Shown: positions 39,114 to 53,376 of the stretch, piece after piece | Layout: the number at the start of each line of letters is the position of its first letter | Position numbering within the stretch: the first letter of the stretch is position 1 | Source: Balanoglossus misakiensis | Taxonomy: Eukaryota; Animalia; Hemichordata | Assembly: GCA_040954595.2 (NCBI GenBank) | Contig: CM082579.2 | Location: forward strand, 10,901,625-10,965,624 | Length of the DNA: 64,000 nt | Direction: 5' to 3' | Notes under the pieces: generated by a model | Database searches by the model: none | Seen by the model: only the letters and a program-made list of their open reading frames with translations | What the model was told of the DNA's origin: nothing | Translations under genes and position numbers: made by a program

Positions 39114-39580
39114 TTAACCCCTTCCATCACAATGGTTCAGTCCAAACCCGTTATTATCTATATGGTAAGGTTGGACCTCTAAGGAGGGAACTGGGGGTTA
39201 ATGTGCGAGAAAGGGGGTATGGCTGTACTTATGTCAAGTCATGTAAATACTATAGTCATACCTGGAGTTTGAATGTGTGTCCATGCTACTCGTCATACAC
39301 AGAGAGTGGTTACACTCAAGACAACAACTGCAGTTGTTGATGTTGACATCCAGATATGTAGTCAGTGTTTTGAGGAATACTGGTAGATAAATGAAGTTGT
39401 CAATGTGAAGCTTCTTGCATGTACATCATGCACTACTTATGTGTATGTGTTAAAGCCACTCAAAGTATTCCTTTAAATTGCCAACTTTACCCTTCCACCA
39501 CCATGGTCTGGTCCCAATCCATTGTTTTCTATAGTATTAGTTGGACCTCTAAAGAGGGAAACAGGGGGTGAAAGGGTTAA
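39114..39580. repeat. Two short TTAACCC...GGGTTAA hairpin elements (39114-39201 and ~39486-39580) in the GAB 3' UTR region
   Basis: Both share GTTGGACCTCTAA..AGGGAA..GGGG; a truncated reverse relative lies at 18909-18964. Confidence 0.6.
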
Positions 39581-40269
39581 TTATCACTTGTTAACAAATG
39601 TAAGCTGTAAAGTGTATTGTACTGAGAAACTGAAACTAACAGTTATGTATGAATTTAAAGGAAACGATTTGATATTTTTAACAGCAGCTGGTACTATATT
39701 CCACATGACATTTTCAGAAATGTGGCCCATTTTTGGCGATCAAGGAGCAAGCTTATCACGACAGCAAAACAGTTAGGGTCATCATGATATATTATCTGAT
39801 GTTGGTATTTGTCAATAGAAGAAGTCATGTATCCACGTAACATTCAGTATGTCTGCAGTATTGTATTTAGTATATATGGTTATCTATGTAGCATTGACAT
39901 GTATTGTCGATATTCAGTATTGATACGAAGAGTAACTTTGATGTATCCATTTTCTACAGCTACATGTACACGTATCACCATGTTGAGTCATAATGGGTTT
40001 AGTTGATACTCTGTTGAAAAAAACCTTTGAAAGTAGACAAACCAGTGCCGGTAGTATCTTTGTGCCACTTGTCAAAACAAAAAAGTTACATGTATAAGTT
40101 TTGAGAATCTTTGGTGTAGATTTTACTGTGAAGCTATATACAATGGACTGGCATTTTCTGTGTAGTAAACTGCTTCCAAGTAATTAGAACAACACAGTGT
40201 AATTCAGAAATTGATCATAGAAGTGTGAAGCACTAGAAATATTTGCCAGCGTATGCAGATCTATGTCAG

Positions 40270-40458
40270 TAAAAGGTATACAGTCATGTATGCAAATTTA
40301 GCCAAAGTTACCATGGAAAAAGTTGAGATCTAGTCAATCACAGATTTCCAGTGGGTGGCCATGTGATTAAAGGGCACCTCTATATGATCAGTTGAAGACT
40401 TTAGACATGCTCTCTTGACCGTATATGAGCATATGGAGAGTTGACTGTATTCCTTTAA
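40270..40458. mobile_element. MITE family C copy, inverted
   Basis: AAAGGTATACAGTCA...TGACTGTATTCCTTTAA. Confidence 0.7.
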
Positions 40459-42809
40459 GGATGTACGCGCAGAACATAAACCGGAAACACTGCGCGCACC
40501 CGTCTTTTTCCCCATAGGATAACATTGATAATTGCTAGAAAACAAACTTCTACTATTGTCATTTTCACAAAATTTTACACATAGCTCAGTCCAGTAAATA
40601 TAAATTCATTGGTCAAATAAAATATAGGGGTCACCACGCTCTATTTTGAGATAAATTGTGTTAAAAATTTTGCCCATAGACAAACCATCTTTACATGATT
40701 GTTTCAAGGAAATTAAAAAAGAAAAGGGCATTATTGTAAAAATTTGCGGTTACTATGAATTAATGTAGTGTGAGTTTAGAATTTCAATGTGCTATAACAC
40801 AGTGGTATACTGGTGTTGACTTCCTGTGAGTTTTTTTTTTGCAATAATGCAGTGGCTTCTTTTTGCTTATCCCATTCAATTTATGATGAGAGATGGTCAA
40901 ATTCAAGTCCTAGACAACTTGCTGAAGAATTTTTTTTTTTAATTTTTTTTTTATCAAAGTTGACATCACAAGTTCTGTGAGAGAGCATGTCAAAAAATGT
41001 TTTTAAGTTTAATACACTGTGGCAGAAAATCCAAATTTTAATGACAGGTAGCTTTTTTTTTAAATTTCTAAATTGATTTGAAATGAACTGGAATGACAAT
41101 TCTATGACTAATAGTTGGATAAAAGTTTTTAACAGAATGATTACGGTGTCAAATATGACTAACTCACTGACATGCAAAACTGCCAAACATTTTAATGTCT
41201 ATTTTATAACATATGTAAATAAAAATACCAATTGTATATGTAAAACTCACTGTTTGAAGTCAGTATATATGGAAATGTGGAGTTTATACTTGTGAGATGA
41301 ATGTGTAATATCTGTCATGTAAAACTGGTGTTTTGGGTCAAAATGTCAATTTTAAAAGTATATTTGATGTATTTGACCAAATTTCTTGTCTTTCAAAGAA
41401 CTCAAAAGTTTAGCCATTTTTACAGGCATAATGGTTTATAAACATCAGCTTCATCTCTTTTAATTGCATTTTATTTTGTTTGTTTGTTTGTTTGTTTTTA
41501 CAAACAGGACAATGGCACAGCAGATTATTTCATTATTTTTACATAATACTTTAATGTTAACATGTGTAAAATTATATAATGTTAAAACATGGCTATATAT
41601 TGTTCATTCTGCTTGTCAGAAGTATCAATTGAAAGGGGTCAAATGAGAAAAAAATACCCCAATTCTCTACATGCCAAATTGTGCAACATCGTAAAGTTTT
41701 GTGTCTCAGCCAATCACAAATTGCAGGTGTGACCTTTGACCTGTAAAGTTGCATATCCACTGAGAGAGGTAACAAGGCTCATCACATTTATGGTTTAACA
41801 ACAGACAGTGTCACTATAACATGATTACAATTTAGTATTCCTAGATTCCTAGGTGAATAATGTTCTTCAGAGGTTTGACATGTGCCATCCATGAATATGC
41901 ACAGATGCCATCTATTTCTGGGGAATAGCTCAAAGCCCAAATGGCACCGGTTTATAATGAGTTGGGCGACATAGTTGATAATGCCCTTTGGAGACTTCAT
42001 TGTTTTTCGCTTACATTGTTGCTATCTCTAAAAACACAGGAATTTCCTTCAGTTTTAACCATGTGCATTGGGATTGTTTGTTTGTTATCTACTCTACATC
42101 CTGCCTTCCTTTGCAGTCTCCTTACTCATGATGCTACATAAAACAGTTCAAGCTCATTGCAAAACAAAGAGGAAGTTGAAAGGAACTTGTCAACTGTGGT
42201 GTCTTTCTCATTATAGCAGCGATGTATTTCGAATCAGCTGAACAATTCCAGTTGACTGTGTGACACAGTCAGGGACAGAAATTGGATGGAAATATTGCAA
42301 CTAGACGTAGACAAGATGAAAAAAAATCTCTAATATTTGTGTGCGAGTTTAATACACAGAACAACATATTATCTTTATAACCACAATGTTTACTTATTCA
42401 CGTATGGATGGTTGCAGTCACAATTATAATGCAACTGAAGTAATATTGCTTTCTCTTTCTGTGATTCAGAAAGCAAAAATAAAATACTGCCATGTGTAAA
42501 TAGCCTAGCAGAACTATCTCTGAGATCAAAATACAAGTAGAAATGTGACTGCCTGTCTGTGCTATGTTAGAGTAGGAATGTTTTTAAAGTCATGTACCAT
42601 TTATTAATAAAATAACAGCTGCTGCCTTGTTTATGTCCATTTTATTCACACATGAAGTTTGATGTTAATATGTAGAGTAGATTTGTATTTTAATCATGTG
42701 TCAAGTTTAAAAAATAATAATTAAAAGAGGCAAATATTAAAAACACTGTTATGTGTTGTGTTTCGTGTGTATCATATGCAATCCAGATTTGTGAGAGAGA
42801 GCCTTCATG

Positions 42810-42852
42810 GTGTGTGTTTGTGTGTGTGTGCGTGTGTGTGTGTGTGTGTGTG
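42810..42852. repeat. (TG)n microsatellite
   Basis: Directly visible. Confidence 0.9.
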
Positions 42853-43818
42853 AGAGGTACCACACAATGTGTGAGTATACCAGTGTGAGCTTGTGAGGAT
42901 CCGTCAGCATTCTATGTTTGTACATGTGTGTTCATTAAAAAGAAACTGTAGAACCACTGCACATTATATGCTGGTGATTCCCCGAACAAGACACCTACTT
43001 CACCTGTGCTGCTATTTGACAGTGAGTCTCGCATTCAAATGAAGTTGAATTGCAGATGAATATTACATAAAAATGGTCAAAAACTAAACTCAAGCAAGAA
43101 CTGGTGAGACATTCGCTCAGAATTTAATGTGTAGAATTACCTGGAAGAGAAAACACCACAGCTTGTATGTCACTAGATATGCTAGGTGATGAAATGCAAT
43201 GTTCGTAAATTTCTTCTAATGTTGTTTGTCTTTCTTCCAAATTTTCTCATTTGTGTTACATCAGCACTATATCCATAGAGTCTGAATGGATAATGAGAAT
43301 ATTTCTATGATACTATGTCTCATAATCTGAACAAAACGTACGACCGATCCATGGCTACCTAAACGCAACATTTCAATGCTATCCGACAAGCAGTGTCTCA
43401 CAAGATGAAAAGGTTCCATTATGACAATTGAAAACACCAGATATTAGCACAAAAATCAAAATGAACACACATGTATAAGATTTACTTAATGTAACTAAGC
43501 TTCTTTATATCATTTCCGTGTTTTCAACTCATTTGCATACGTTTGGTAACGCAGTGGTTCTAAAGTTTTTGATGCGGACTTACATAAATTTAAGGGTAGC
43601 CAAGTTCTTGTACTGGTGAAATTCATGGAGATGTCGTAAACGGACTTACACTTTTACAGGCACGGAGTCTCTTGTCACCCCCCCCCCCCCCCGTGCGCCC
43701 TCTATCGGAAGACAATGCATGCAAATCAACGAGGAACTGTAAAGTGTTAACTACAACCAGAGTTTGTCTGTTAACTTTGAAAAAAAGTACAGTTATGACA
43801 CCGAAACGATGACAACTT

Positions 43819-46800
43819 TTATAGTGCAACAACAGAATTGATAAAAGAAGAAATTAAAATAATCGCCATAGCAATTGTAACCATGGAAGCATCTGACAAC
43901 GCGGACGGTGTGTGGCACTTCTGGTCCCGGTCAGTGGCTGAAAGAAAAAGAGTGATGATTATACAAACAACTCCCTCCACGTTACACACATACACAGACA
44001 TACATGTTCTTCCATCTTCAATTTGTGTGTTCTTTTGACTGATATTTTGCCATTTTTTGGGGAAAAGAGCATAAATAAACCTTAAAACGTTCTTCAATGC
44101 ATGATGAGAATAATAATATTCGAAGGTTCTGTTAAAACTGTCCAAGAGAATACCTTCTCTAAGCATTAATGCTTCTCCTATGTTTTCATCTGTAAAATAA
44201 TTCGGAAATATGGCCTTTGGTCGGATGTTGGGAGGACACATGATTGGTACACCTGACAAATAAGTGTAGAGTTCTCTCTTCGCATCCGGGTCACTTTCGT
44301 TGCCATAGATTTTCCAGCGTTGCTCCCAAACCTGGAATACAAAATGAACACCATTTGTATCCATACACGCGGACGTAATCTGTAGTATATTCAGTATGAT
44401 TATGCCATAACAATTTCATTTTGAGAAGTCGCTTGTTTGTGTTATACTTTATATTTTCTTTCTTTCCTTCTTTCTATCTTCTTTCTTTCTTTCTTTCATT
44501 TGATGCGTCGGTGTCTCATCAAAACAGTCACCGTGATAACATCGGTACCTGCAAGTTGGCACGATACGTTGATCATGCAACAACGAAACCGATACTTCAT
44601 TGAAACCGATAAAATGAGGCCATGACGAAACTACCGCAAAACTTTGTGCCTGAATACATCTGTGTTTATCTCATGATTTCGCTCTTTTTCAGTTTTGTCT
44701 CGAGAGAGTTTTCTACCTATACTTTTCACTGTGGTCATAATACTTATCTTTAAGAACATTTTTTATGTAAGTTAGTGGGCCAGCAACTAGGATATACTAC
44801 TTAGATGTAACTTGCCTTTTTGAAATGTGTTTTCTTAAAGTTATACTGATCGCTCCATCTTTTCTTTTTTTTCTGTCTGTTTACAATTTTGTCTCTATTG
44901 TACCCCGACCACCGTTGATATATTTCTATTAACCAACTTACATAACAAAAATATTTCCTGGTGCTATTGTCTGGTACATGTTCATCTTCATTCCTGAGCA
45001 CCACGTACTGCACCGCCTTCTCGTCGACCCCAAATTCCTGATCGGAAAACTTGTAACGATATGTGTAGCTTGCATTCCAACTTGCCAGACACGAAAATTT
45101 TCCGGTGTCTGTGTAGAAGGGAAAAAGGTTTTTGAGTAGCGCATCCCAAGCCTCATTGTTCGGAACTTGTTGTATTTTATTTACTTCAAAATATCTTGCA
45201 GTTCTCTTTCCATATTTTTGGTGTGCCCAATGAAGCCATTTTGGGACATGACGTCATGGTGCTTTGTGCACACTTTTCAATGAACAAGTAAGAAGTTTTT
45301 GTGTAGTTTGATGGAGACGGCCATTTTCTGGTTGCAACCAATGATTTCCTTGCCATATTCTCCTTCAGCGTTGCATGATACCCGCTTGATATACTCGCCC
45401 CTCGACATGATCTTACAACGACTTAAGCAGAAGGTACACTAAGTTCCAAATAAACATCCAAACGACCGAAATATGGTAACACGACGTTTGATTAACAGGG
45501 CCTGATCAAATGAAAACCGCCGAATTTTGATGTGCAGAAAAAATTTAATCGTCAACATAACCGAATATAAATTTTATTTATATGTCTTCCATCGTGTCTC
45601 ATCAAAAGGAAAAATAAGGCTACTGTACTGAAACCCACCTGAATTTCCCTGGCGTCGTTTACATTTACTGTAGTCAAAGGCAAACTGATCAGGTTGAGCA
45701 CAGCCAGCGTCCAACATAGACACCAGTTGTGAACATGAATCCAGTCTTGGGTTGCGACCAATGCCCACACCATTTTCATGCGTATGTGTAAAGGCGTAGC
45801 GGTAGACTCTGTTCAGTGGACACAACTCTGGTACGGGTACTTTAGCTGCAGTGGAGAACATTTAAATAGTATTTCATCATCTGGACCCAGATATGTTGGA
45901 AACCTTCCGATCTGCATAACAGGTGCTCCTATATAAAACCGATTTTCTACACATACTACATGTATAGACTATGGCAGGTCATACGCACTGAGGAGCAGTT
46001 TGACCGCAGTAGGCCTATTTTCTGTAAGTTTTCAATAGTACTTGTGGAACCGATACCAGTTCTCCCAAGAACTGGTTGTGAATACAGTTGTGTAGGCCGG
46101 TGCTTTCCCCCTCTGTTATAAAGTCACAAAGAGCCTCGAGTGCATTTTGGTTGGACATGAAAACTGCCTTGATTTGTGTTTGTGGTGTACATGTATATCG
46201 ACAGCATCAGAAAAACACACGTCAGGTACACCTCCGGCCCGTGCACTTCACTTGTGAAAATCAAATTCAACTGACTTTGCATTTATACGTCTAGTGCTTC
46301 AACTTTCAGTTTTTGTTGTTTTTCTCTGCCATATTGGTTGTGGTCGCATAACTATAAATGTATTGACTACCATTCTTCTTTAACACTGTTGAGAATTCTA
46401 CAACTTTAAATTCTCTATTATAAATTCTTAGCAAAATGAATGTCGCAGTTCTCACCAAACCTGACCATCGTTCTAATTCCGTAAATGTCGTCTGTGCACT
46501 TGACGACCTCTTTGGATTAGGAGACTGCTCATTGGGCCAAACGGTATACATTACTCACCATATAAGGGAGTCCATCTACCATATTTAGACATGTCAGGTA
46601 GATTACCTTCCAATATACTATTGACTTGACATGATGATATGACGTCATAACTGCCTTGTCGTGTAGCAGTGGCATAGACTGAAGAATGAAAATACAGCAC
46701 TTTATTCAATCAAAAGTAAAAGCCAAAGAAGTTGGTTACTGCGAGTTTTGACAAATTCAAAATTTGCAGAGAAGGGGGAGGGCTTTAAGAAGTCATTTCT

Positions 46801-49800
46801 TGAACTGTGAGTTGTACACTTCAAAGTCAAGGTTTTGTATTGCAATTAAATGATCCAATTCAACGTATTATCACATACATATCTCCATAGCATATTACCA
46901 TAGTATGACATCAGAAGTAGGTAAATATGGACCAAGCGTTATTGTTATTACCATCCCTCTGACGTCACCAACCGGAACTATCTTAAACTTGCAAACAAAG
47001 TCCCCTTCGGGCGGCAAAATTCAGTGCAATATGCTGGTGGTGAAATGGTTCTAGTAGGGCCGGCAACGCTACTTACACTGTATCCATTCGATGTAATTGT
47101 TGCTCCGAACATTGAAGACGCTGCAAAAGTAGTTACTGATGGTCTCGCTGTGTAAACAAAAGTAAAGCCGGCAGATGATTAATGCTTAGGTCTCTTTGAT
47201 GCTGCGTTTCGGAGTAAGTGTTCGCCATTGAAGCGAATATGGGCCTATCTCTACGCGATCCTACGATTAAACGCGTTCACTCCCGCACATCCTATAGGAA
47301 CTCGGGACAATTTATTCATAGTCTGGGGGCAATTGCAAGTGATCTTATATCGGTAACTGAACTCTTGGCTCTCCTAAGTTTCAATATTTACCCATGTATC
47401 AATTCTTGTTCTACACTGGATAGCTTGATGAAATGTTCCGTTTTAGCTTCTCAGCGACTAAAAAAGCCATAACTATCTTGAACAGAGATTTATTCTCTTA
47501 CGAAAGCCGTGTAAATGACAGACATTGCAACTCTGTAAGCCCACCACTAATGATTGTCGAATGCAAAAAAAGGTGGTTCGTCAATTTAATATTATACCGC
47601 TTTAGCATATGCCGAAAGTGAAATTGAATACTATTACACAAGAATTTTCGAGAAATTATCAACATTTCTCTGTTTTTACGACGAATGACAGCTAGTGCCA
47701 ATTGAAAGCCTTAGGGAGCATTCGTTTTTTACAGGGAGGGGGGGCCGGTGGAAATCAGGGGGGGGGGGGTTACTTTTACAAAGCAGTTTTTAGGGGGGGG
47801 ACAAATTTTATAATCAAGGGATTATTATATAGGGACTGAAAGGGGGGGGGACTTGAAAACTTTGACGGCTAAATATTTATTTTGAGTCCACAAAAATGCA
47901 GTTTCGCGTCCTTTATTTTACAAAATTTTCCACACCCACCCCCTCCATTCATCAACACCTTTCAATCATTGACTGGTTTATCTAGTGTCCCAGGACAGGG
48001 GACTTGCCCCCACCCCATGATAACTTTGAGCGGCGACGTTAATTTGCTTTTGCTGGGTTCATTAAAATGCAGCTTTGAGCTCTGTATTTTATAAAATTTT
48101 CTTACGTGGGAGGGGGACACCCCCTCCCAAACCCACCCCCTTCAATTCTCGGTTTACAATGTCTCCCAACACAGAATACAATACTTAAAAAATAAAAACA
48201 ATGTTCAGTTTTAATACCCACTGATGAGGGGAAATATCGGTTTCAAATTCTTTTCATGGGAGCGCTGTGTCCATGATAAGTTTAATCCGGTGGATAAACT
48301 TTTTTTTTTGGGGGGGGGGGGGGTCACATTTTAGAAAAGTAATTTCCAGGGGGGGTTGCCTTTTACATTTAGTCGGCGACTCAAATTCCACCGCCCCCCC
48401 CCCTCCCTGTAAAAAACGAATGCTCCCTTACCTAAATGGTGAGAATGAATTCACCGTTGCGTTTGCTAGCAGATATACGTTAGCCAATCTCTCCACACAT
48501 TTAATGTTGCCTATGGATTGTTCAGCCAACAAATATCTTTGAGGGTGGATGGTCTGATTTGAAATGTGATACTCGCCACCTATTTGACCTCTGCTGTCAA
48601 ATAAATTCCATTTCCCAGACAAGGACTCATCAAAGTCACAATCACCGTCCACCCCAAAATCTGAAGGGAAAAAAACCATCACACGTAAGTGGTCGACGTG
48701 TGCACCTAGATACCTAGCGGTAGTTCATGATTAGTAGCTCCAGGTTTTGCCTTGGTTTGTATTTTTGCAGTCTAACACTCAAACCAAGTCAAAACCTCGA
48801 GCTACTACTGAACTGCAGCTATTCCGTGATGTGAATAGTAGTTTGAAGCGAAGCAGATTTGGGAACATCAATAGTATAGACTCAAGATTTATCAAGAACC
48901 AGTCATACTACTGAGGGTTGAAAGTGTGGGGTATAACGTTCGATAATATAGTTCTCTGAATTCTTCTTGCACTTTTCATGTCAAGTTAAAATACTTCGTG
49001 ACCAGCCCCCCCCCCCACTTATCACTGAAAGCTCCCTTATAAACCGAGATCGATTTCATTCACCCATGACCTTTGCATTTCATTACGCCCAGTAACCCGG
49101 CCTTTTGTCTAGAATCCAGACTTGGATGTGTTTCGCTATGTTCCTCACACGAAAAAAGACGAGTCTGGATGCTAGACTATCTGGCCTTAAAGACATCGCA
49201 TAACGCGACGCAGAGAGCAGTATTCCCACGACCTTTAACCTTGCAGAGACTTGATCTATTTGAGTTTTGAAACTCAATACTTTTCCATTTTCCCGTCAAA
49301 CCAGACAAACATACAAACATAAATGTGCAATGATAACATAAAATCTTCATTGAGAACGATAAAAACTGACTGTGTGCCGCAGTTATAGGAGACGTTGGTT
49401 TGAGGGCTGCTTTAATTCGATACAAGTAATCGAAACAACGATTTAATAATTAGTCTCGAAACTGGGGCGAAACAGGCAGAAGTCACACGCGTTTAAATCA
49501 TTATGCCTGCATTAATGTTGGATAGCATAATTAGCAGTTACAGTATAGAACCAAACACATTTGATACTGGTAATTTCCATCCGGTCATATTGAAATTACC
49601 TTTCAACCTATCACGTACTGTTGTGGGGGGGAGGGGCTATAAATATTCTCACTTGCTCTGCGTACCCTCTTTAACTGGATATTGAGGCCGCCCTTAAATG
49701 ACCTCGACTGTACGGTCAGACATCACGATTCGTCCCAGCATGGTAGCCACGCAGAGGAACGCATATCGAGTATCGAGTGTTGCACTCTATAGAAGACATA

Positions 49801-50160
49801 CGGGTCGTTTTTGAAAAATGTTGATCACGACAAAATCATGTAAATGCTTAATATTAATAAAACAAATTTCATGTTTTCAAAAATAGTACATCGGTTTCTG
49901 TAGACAATAAACACGGGGGTTACCCTTTCCCAAATAATTAGCGCCCTATACGCAGTTCATAATCAATAAACAGATGCTATGCTATGCTATCGTATGTAAT
50001 GTTGAATAATGTTGACGGCCAGATACTAGTAACAAATCTGTTGATCGGCCGTCGTTTTCGCTGGATAAAAGTAATCAGTCACAAATCAGTGCTTACCTTG
50101 CGACAAAAAGCAAATTATTAAGAGTGGAAGAATGCGAAAAGTTGCCGATATTTCCATCAT
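43819..50160 (-). CDS. Secreted, probably GPI-anchored cysteine-rich protein, ~384 aa, resembling APCDD1-like/DUF7042-DUF7044-type domains
   Basis: Exons 50160-50097 (signal peptide MMEISATFRILPLLIICFLSQ), 48660-48432, 47147-47077, 46678-46559, 45845-45639, 45108-44942, 44331-44154, 43937-43819. All are GT-AG, phases match, total 1155 nt. Motifs include CDFDESLSGKW, YFCSVFNVRSNNYIEW, PVPELCP, FSCLASW and KYFCY, followed by a hydrophobic C-terminal tail. The last intron is in frame without stops, so its boundaries are less certain. Family call is from memory of the Cys/Trp pattern. Confidence 0.72.
47714..48427. mobile_element. PIF/Harbinger-like MITE (~714 bp) with TTA target-site duplication
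   Basis: Near-perfect TIR GGGAGCATTCGTTTTTTACAGGGAGGGGGGG / CCCCCCCTCCCTGTAAAAAACGAATGCTCCC, flanked by TTA at 47711-47713 and 48428-48430. Confidence 0.85.
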
Positions 50161-52642
50161 CAATTGGTCTGCAGACTGTCTTTGATCGTTCGTCTCTCAG
50201 TGTTTGCGCCAAGCAATCCAAAATAGCAAGCTATCCAATTGCACACATACCAATAACCTGACAAAACTTTCTCGGTATGTATTTACATCTCTGGGGTCGC
50301 AATGCAATGCAAGTCAATGACAGTCAGCTGGGCATATGACGCGTCGTACACACAGAAAACTATGTGTTAGTGTCTAGGATGAAGATTTCCTAATATGATT
50401 GCCATATGTATCATGAAGTGGGCATTTTGATTTTTCGAGTTTTGACTACTTCTCTTGTCGACTAAGGATAATGATAAGATCGAAATTGAAAAAAAATATC
50501 GATTAAAAATATGGTACTATGGCAGCTCTTGGGGCTTCAATCATAACCCTACGGCCATCGCCCTAGGTACACGTTTACCATGTTATCATAGTTATATCAA
50601 GGTGAAACCAGTGTGAGGAGTGACTGCGGTGAAACGTATTGAATGTCAATGCATGTTGTCTGCCTCTTCGACGACCAGCGAGGTTCTGTAATTTCAAACA
50701 CTAGAGGGCGTTGTCTGAATCCAGCCTTCCAGCTCCGGAAACCAAACAGGACGGGCAGGGAAGGGGTGAGGGACCGGGAGAGGGGAAGGCTTTAGGCTTT
50801 CTTGGACCTTTAGTTCTGTGCGGTGTCCTGTTTCTTAGTTCAGAGAGTACATGATTTTACTGTCTTTACTTCCATTTTGTGACCAGCTTTTTTTTTCAAC
50901 TTCGTGCGCTTTTAGACTTGATAAAGAAAACACTAACTAGGCCTAAATCATGATCGCAAAACTTCATTTGATTGTGTGTCAAGTTTAAGCTTTTATATCG
51001 TTATCAACAGTGCGTCATTGGTTATAGAGAATGTTAATGTATGATTAATACCACGCTGGCCGTCAGATCATTGATTTATTTCTGATTTGATGAGTACAGA
51101 ATGTATTGATTCGTATCAATAGACATATTGTGGTTCGGACATTAAAAAACGCAATTTTAGCTGTATTCAAATGTTCGTTACTTTCTCCCACAGTGAAGAA
51201 AATGACATTCCCTTTATTTGTACAAGTAATAGGCTTGCCAGAAGACTACAATGTTTCATATACATGTATATGGCCAACAGTTGCTTCCACTAAATTTACT
51301 TCTTTGCTAATACCGTTTTTCGGGTGCTCATTTCAAGAAAGAGGGTTTTGTTGTTACAACACTATTTACAATTATCAACGGGTCACCTTGGCAACCCTGA
51401 TTTTTGTCCCATGGCCTCCAAAATTTGCGAGATGAGGCTGAAATAGAGGCGAAAACTTGACGAAGTCGCATTTCGAAGGTTATGCTGACCACGGTCTCGC
51501 TCTCCTGACCGCACACAAACAAGCAGTTGGCCACGTGCCAGTTGGCCACGTGATGCTGTTGATCCTTTTAGTAGTAGCGCCATGCGCTGTTGACTTTATT
51601 CATGGTACCTTCGCGGTATACTATTCTCAGCACCCAGCTCCTGTTGTGATAAACAATACACAGAAATTAAAGAAGTTGTCCGAGGCCACGAGCGCTTCTC
51701 AGTGCGGATTCTCCGTAGCACATCCTCTCTACCTGTTGTGTCTTTACCCATGGTTCCCTGGAAACATGCATTTCCCAAGACCTGGCTGTAGGACTCTTTT
51801 GTTATACATACGTCACAGTTTGAACCCAAAGTACGACTTGTGTTGTCAGCAGGATATCAACAAGTCCAACTTCCCGGAGTTGGGAATACCTGTTTACAGC
51901 CGTTTTCGTCCTTGCGGATGTGGCGGTCCATCAGCGAGCATATATATAGCGGTTCGTCCGCATGTGAGCTCAGACCACATATCGCAACATTCATTTCTTC
52001 ATCGACTGTCCTCCACCAATAATTTCGGTCTGTCGTACGTCTGGCTACCGCATTCAGGACATAATAGGTAAGGGTTTCCCCAACTGATCCGTTTAAACTT
52101 GATTGCAGTACTTATTCAAGTACATTTAAACTATATCAGTATTGCAAAACTACATGTATAATAGTTTTAAAGTGAAGGGGTCGTCACAAATCCCTGAAAT
52201 TAGATCATTCTCTAAGAGTAAACGAAGCAGCCAACCGTAGCGTAGACTGTATGACAGCAACTGAATATCCTAGTAGGTCGTGGCGACTGCAGTGGGGTTT
52301 TGCTCTGGTATGGGAGGACATATTCTCATCAAGGGGGACACCCACGTGGCGCGACGCCCCATTCCATTTAAAGTCTAGTTCATGATTATTTACGTATGTA
52401 CCGCGGACGTCTATCTTTACGTCAGTGCTAAATCCTTGTTATCGCCACAGGTTCTTGTAACATGGCTTGGATAAATCGTTCGAGGGGGGGGGGGGGATCG
52501 CAGGTCGAGCTGTAGTGGTGGTACATGTATACAGCTATCGTTCTCTGAACTTTGTGTCACCAAAGACCTGAGGCTGACTCGAGCAATGTTTGGAGAAAAT
52601 GTGGTTTAGCGCCAGGTTTATACTGGATGCTTATGAGACAAA

Positions 52643-52700
52643 ATACATACATGCATGCATGCATGCATACATACATACATACATACATACATACATACAT
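52643..52700. repeat. (CATA/CATG)n microsatellite
   Basis: Directly visible. Confidence 0.9.
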
Positions 52701-53165
52701 GGTCTGGTTTTTGTTGGACATGGACCACTATGGGTCAAAATTTTCTGCCCAAATTTTGGGTGACCTCAGATGACCTTTGACCTACTTTTGCATATCTCGG
52801 CATCCAAAGCAGGTACAGCCTTGGCATTTGGAGATTTGGGGCCATAATGAAAAGCCAAAGTTTTGGGTCACCTGTGACACCTGCTTAACTCATTATTTAT
52901 GTGCATACCTAATTCCGGGCTAATCAAAAGGGCTAGAGGTCTGGTTTTTGTTGGACATGGACCACTATGGGTACAATTTTCTGCCCAAATTGTGGGTGAC
53001 CTCTGGGAGACCTTTGACCTACTTAACACTATATCAGCACCAAACATATATATATAACCTTGATATGTCATGGGATAAAACACAGCATTATGTTTCTACT
53101 CATTAATTATGTGCAGATCAGATAATAGAGCTTGGGCCCGGACAATGCTGCTTGCAGCTTTAATT
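52701..53165. repeat. Two ~237-bp direct repeat units with a common invertebrate repeat terminus
   Basis: GGTCTGGTTTTTGTTGGACATGGACCACTATGGGT at 52701 and 52938; ends in GGGCCCGGACAATGCTGCTTGCAGCTTTAATT; preceded by a (CATA)n microsatellite. Confidence 0.65.
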
Positions 53166-53321
53166 ATATATAATCTCCCAGTATTTCGAACGAGTATTAC
53201 GTCAGCAAGGGACGAGTGACTCCCCCATAGCGGCCGTATCCCTCCGAGCCGATAGGCCAGGAGGGGATACAGCTATGGGGGAGTCACAAAAGCATAAAAC
53301 TTGGTACACTTTTGCATTGAC

Positions 53322-53376
53322 CCATGGCGGCCATTTTCTGATATGGATCCAAAATGACAGCGCCCTCTGGTGGCCA
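53322..53376 (-). promoter_or_regulatory. Consensus CTCF-like site next to a YY1-like motif
   Basis: Minus strand reads TGGCCACCAGAGGGCGCTG (53376-53358) and AAAATGGCCGCCATGG (~53337-53322). Motif match only. Confidence 0.45.

Noticed and set aside
46050-46170. Possible extra exon of the Cys-rich gene (NALEALCDFITEG...); also a 45-nt candidate near 47500-47545
   Set aside because: Not needed for phase continuity and the frame is ambiguous; the flanking exons join cleanly without them.
51440-52075. 204-aa plus-strand ORF and GC-richer, coding-looking minus-strand fragments
   Set aside because: No recognisable domain and no consistent splice model; the minus frames are broken by stops. Possibly a decayed transposon or pseudogene, but I cannot support a call.
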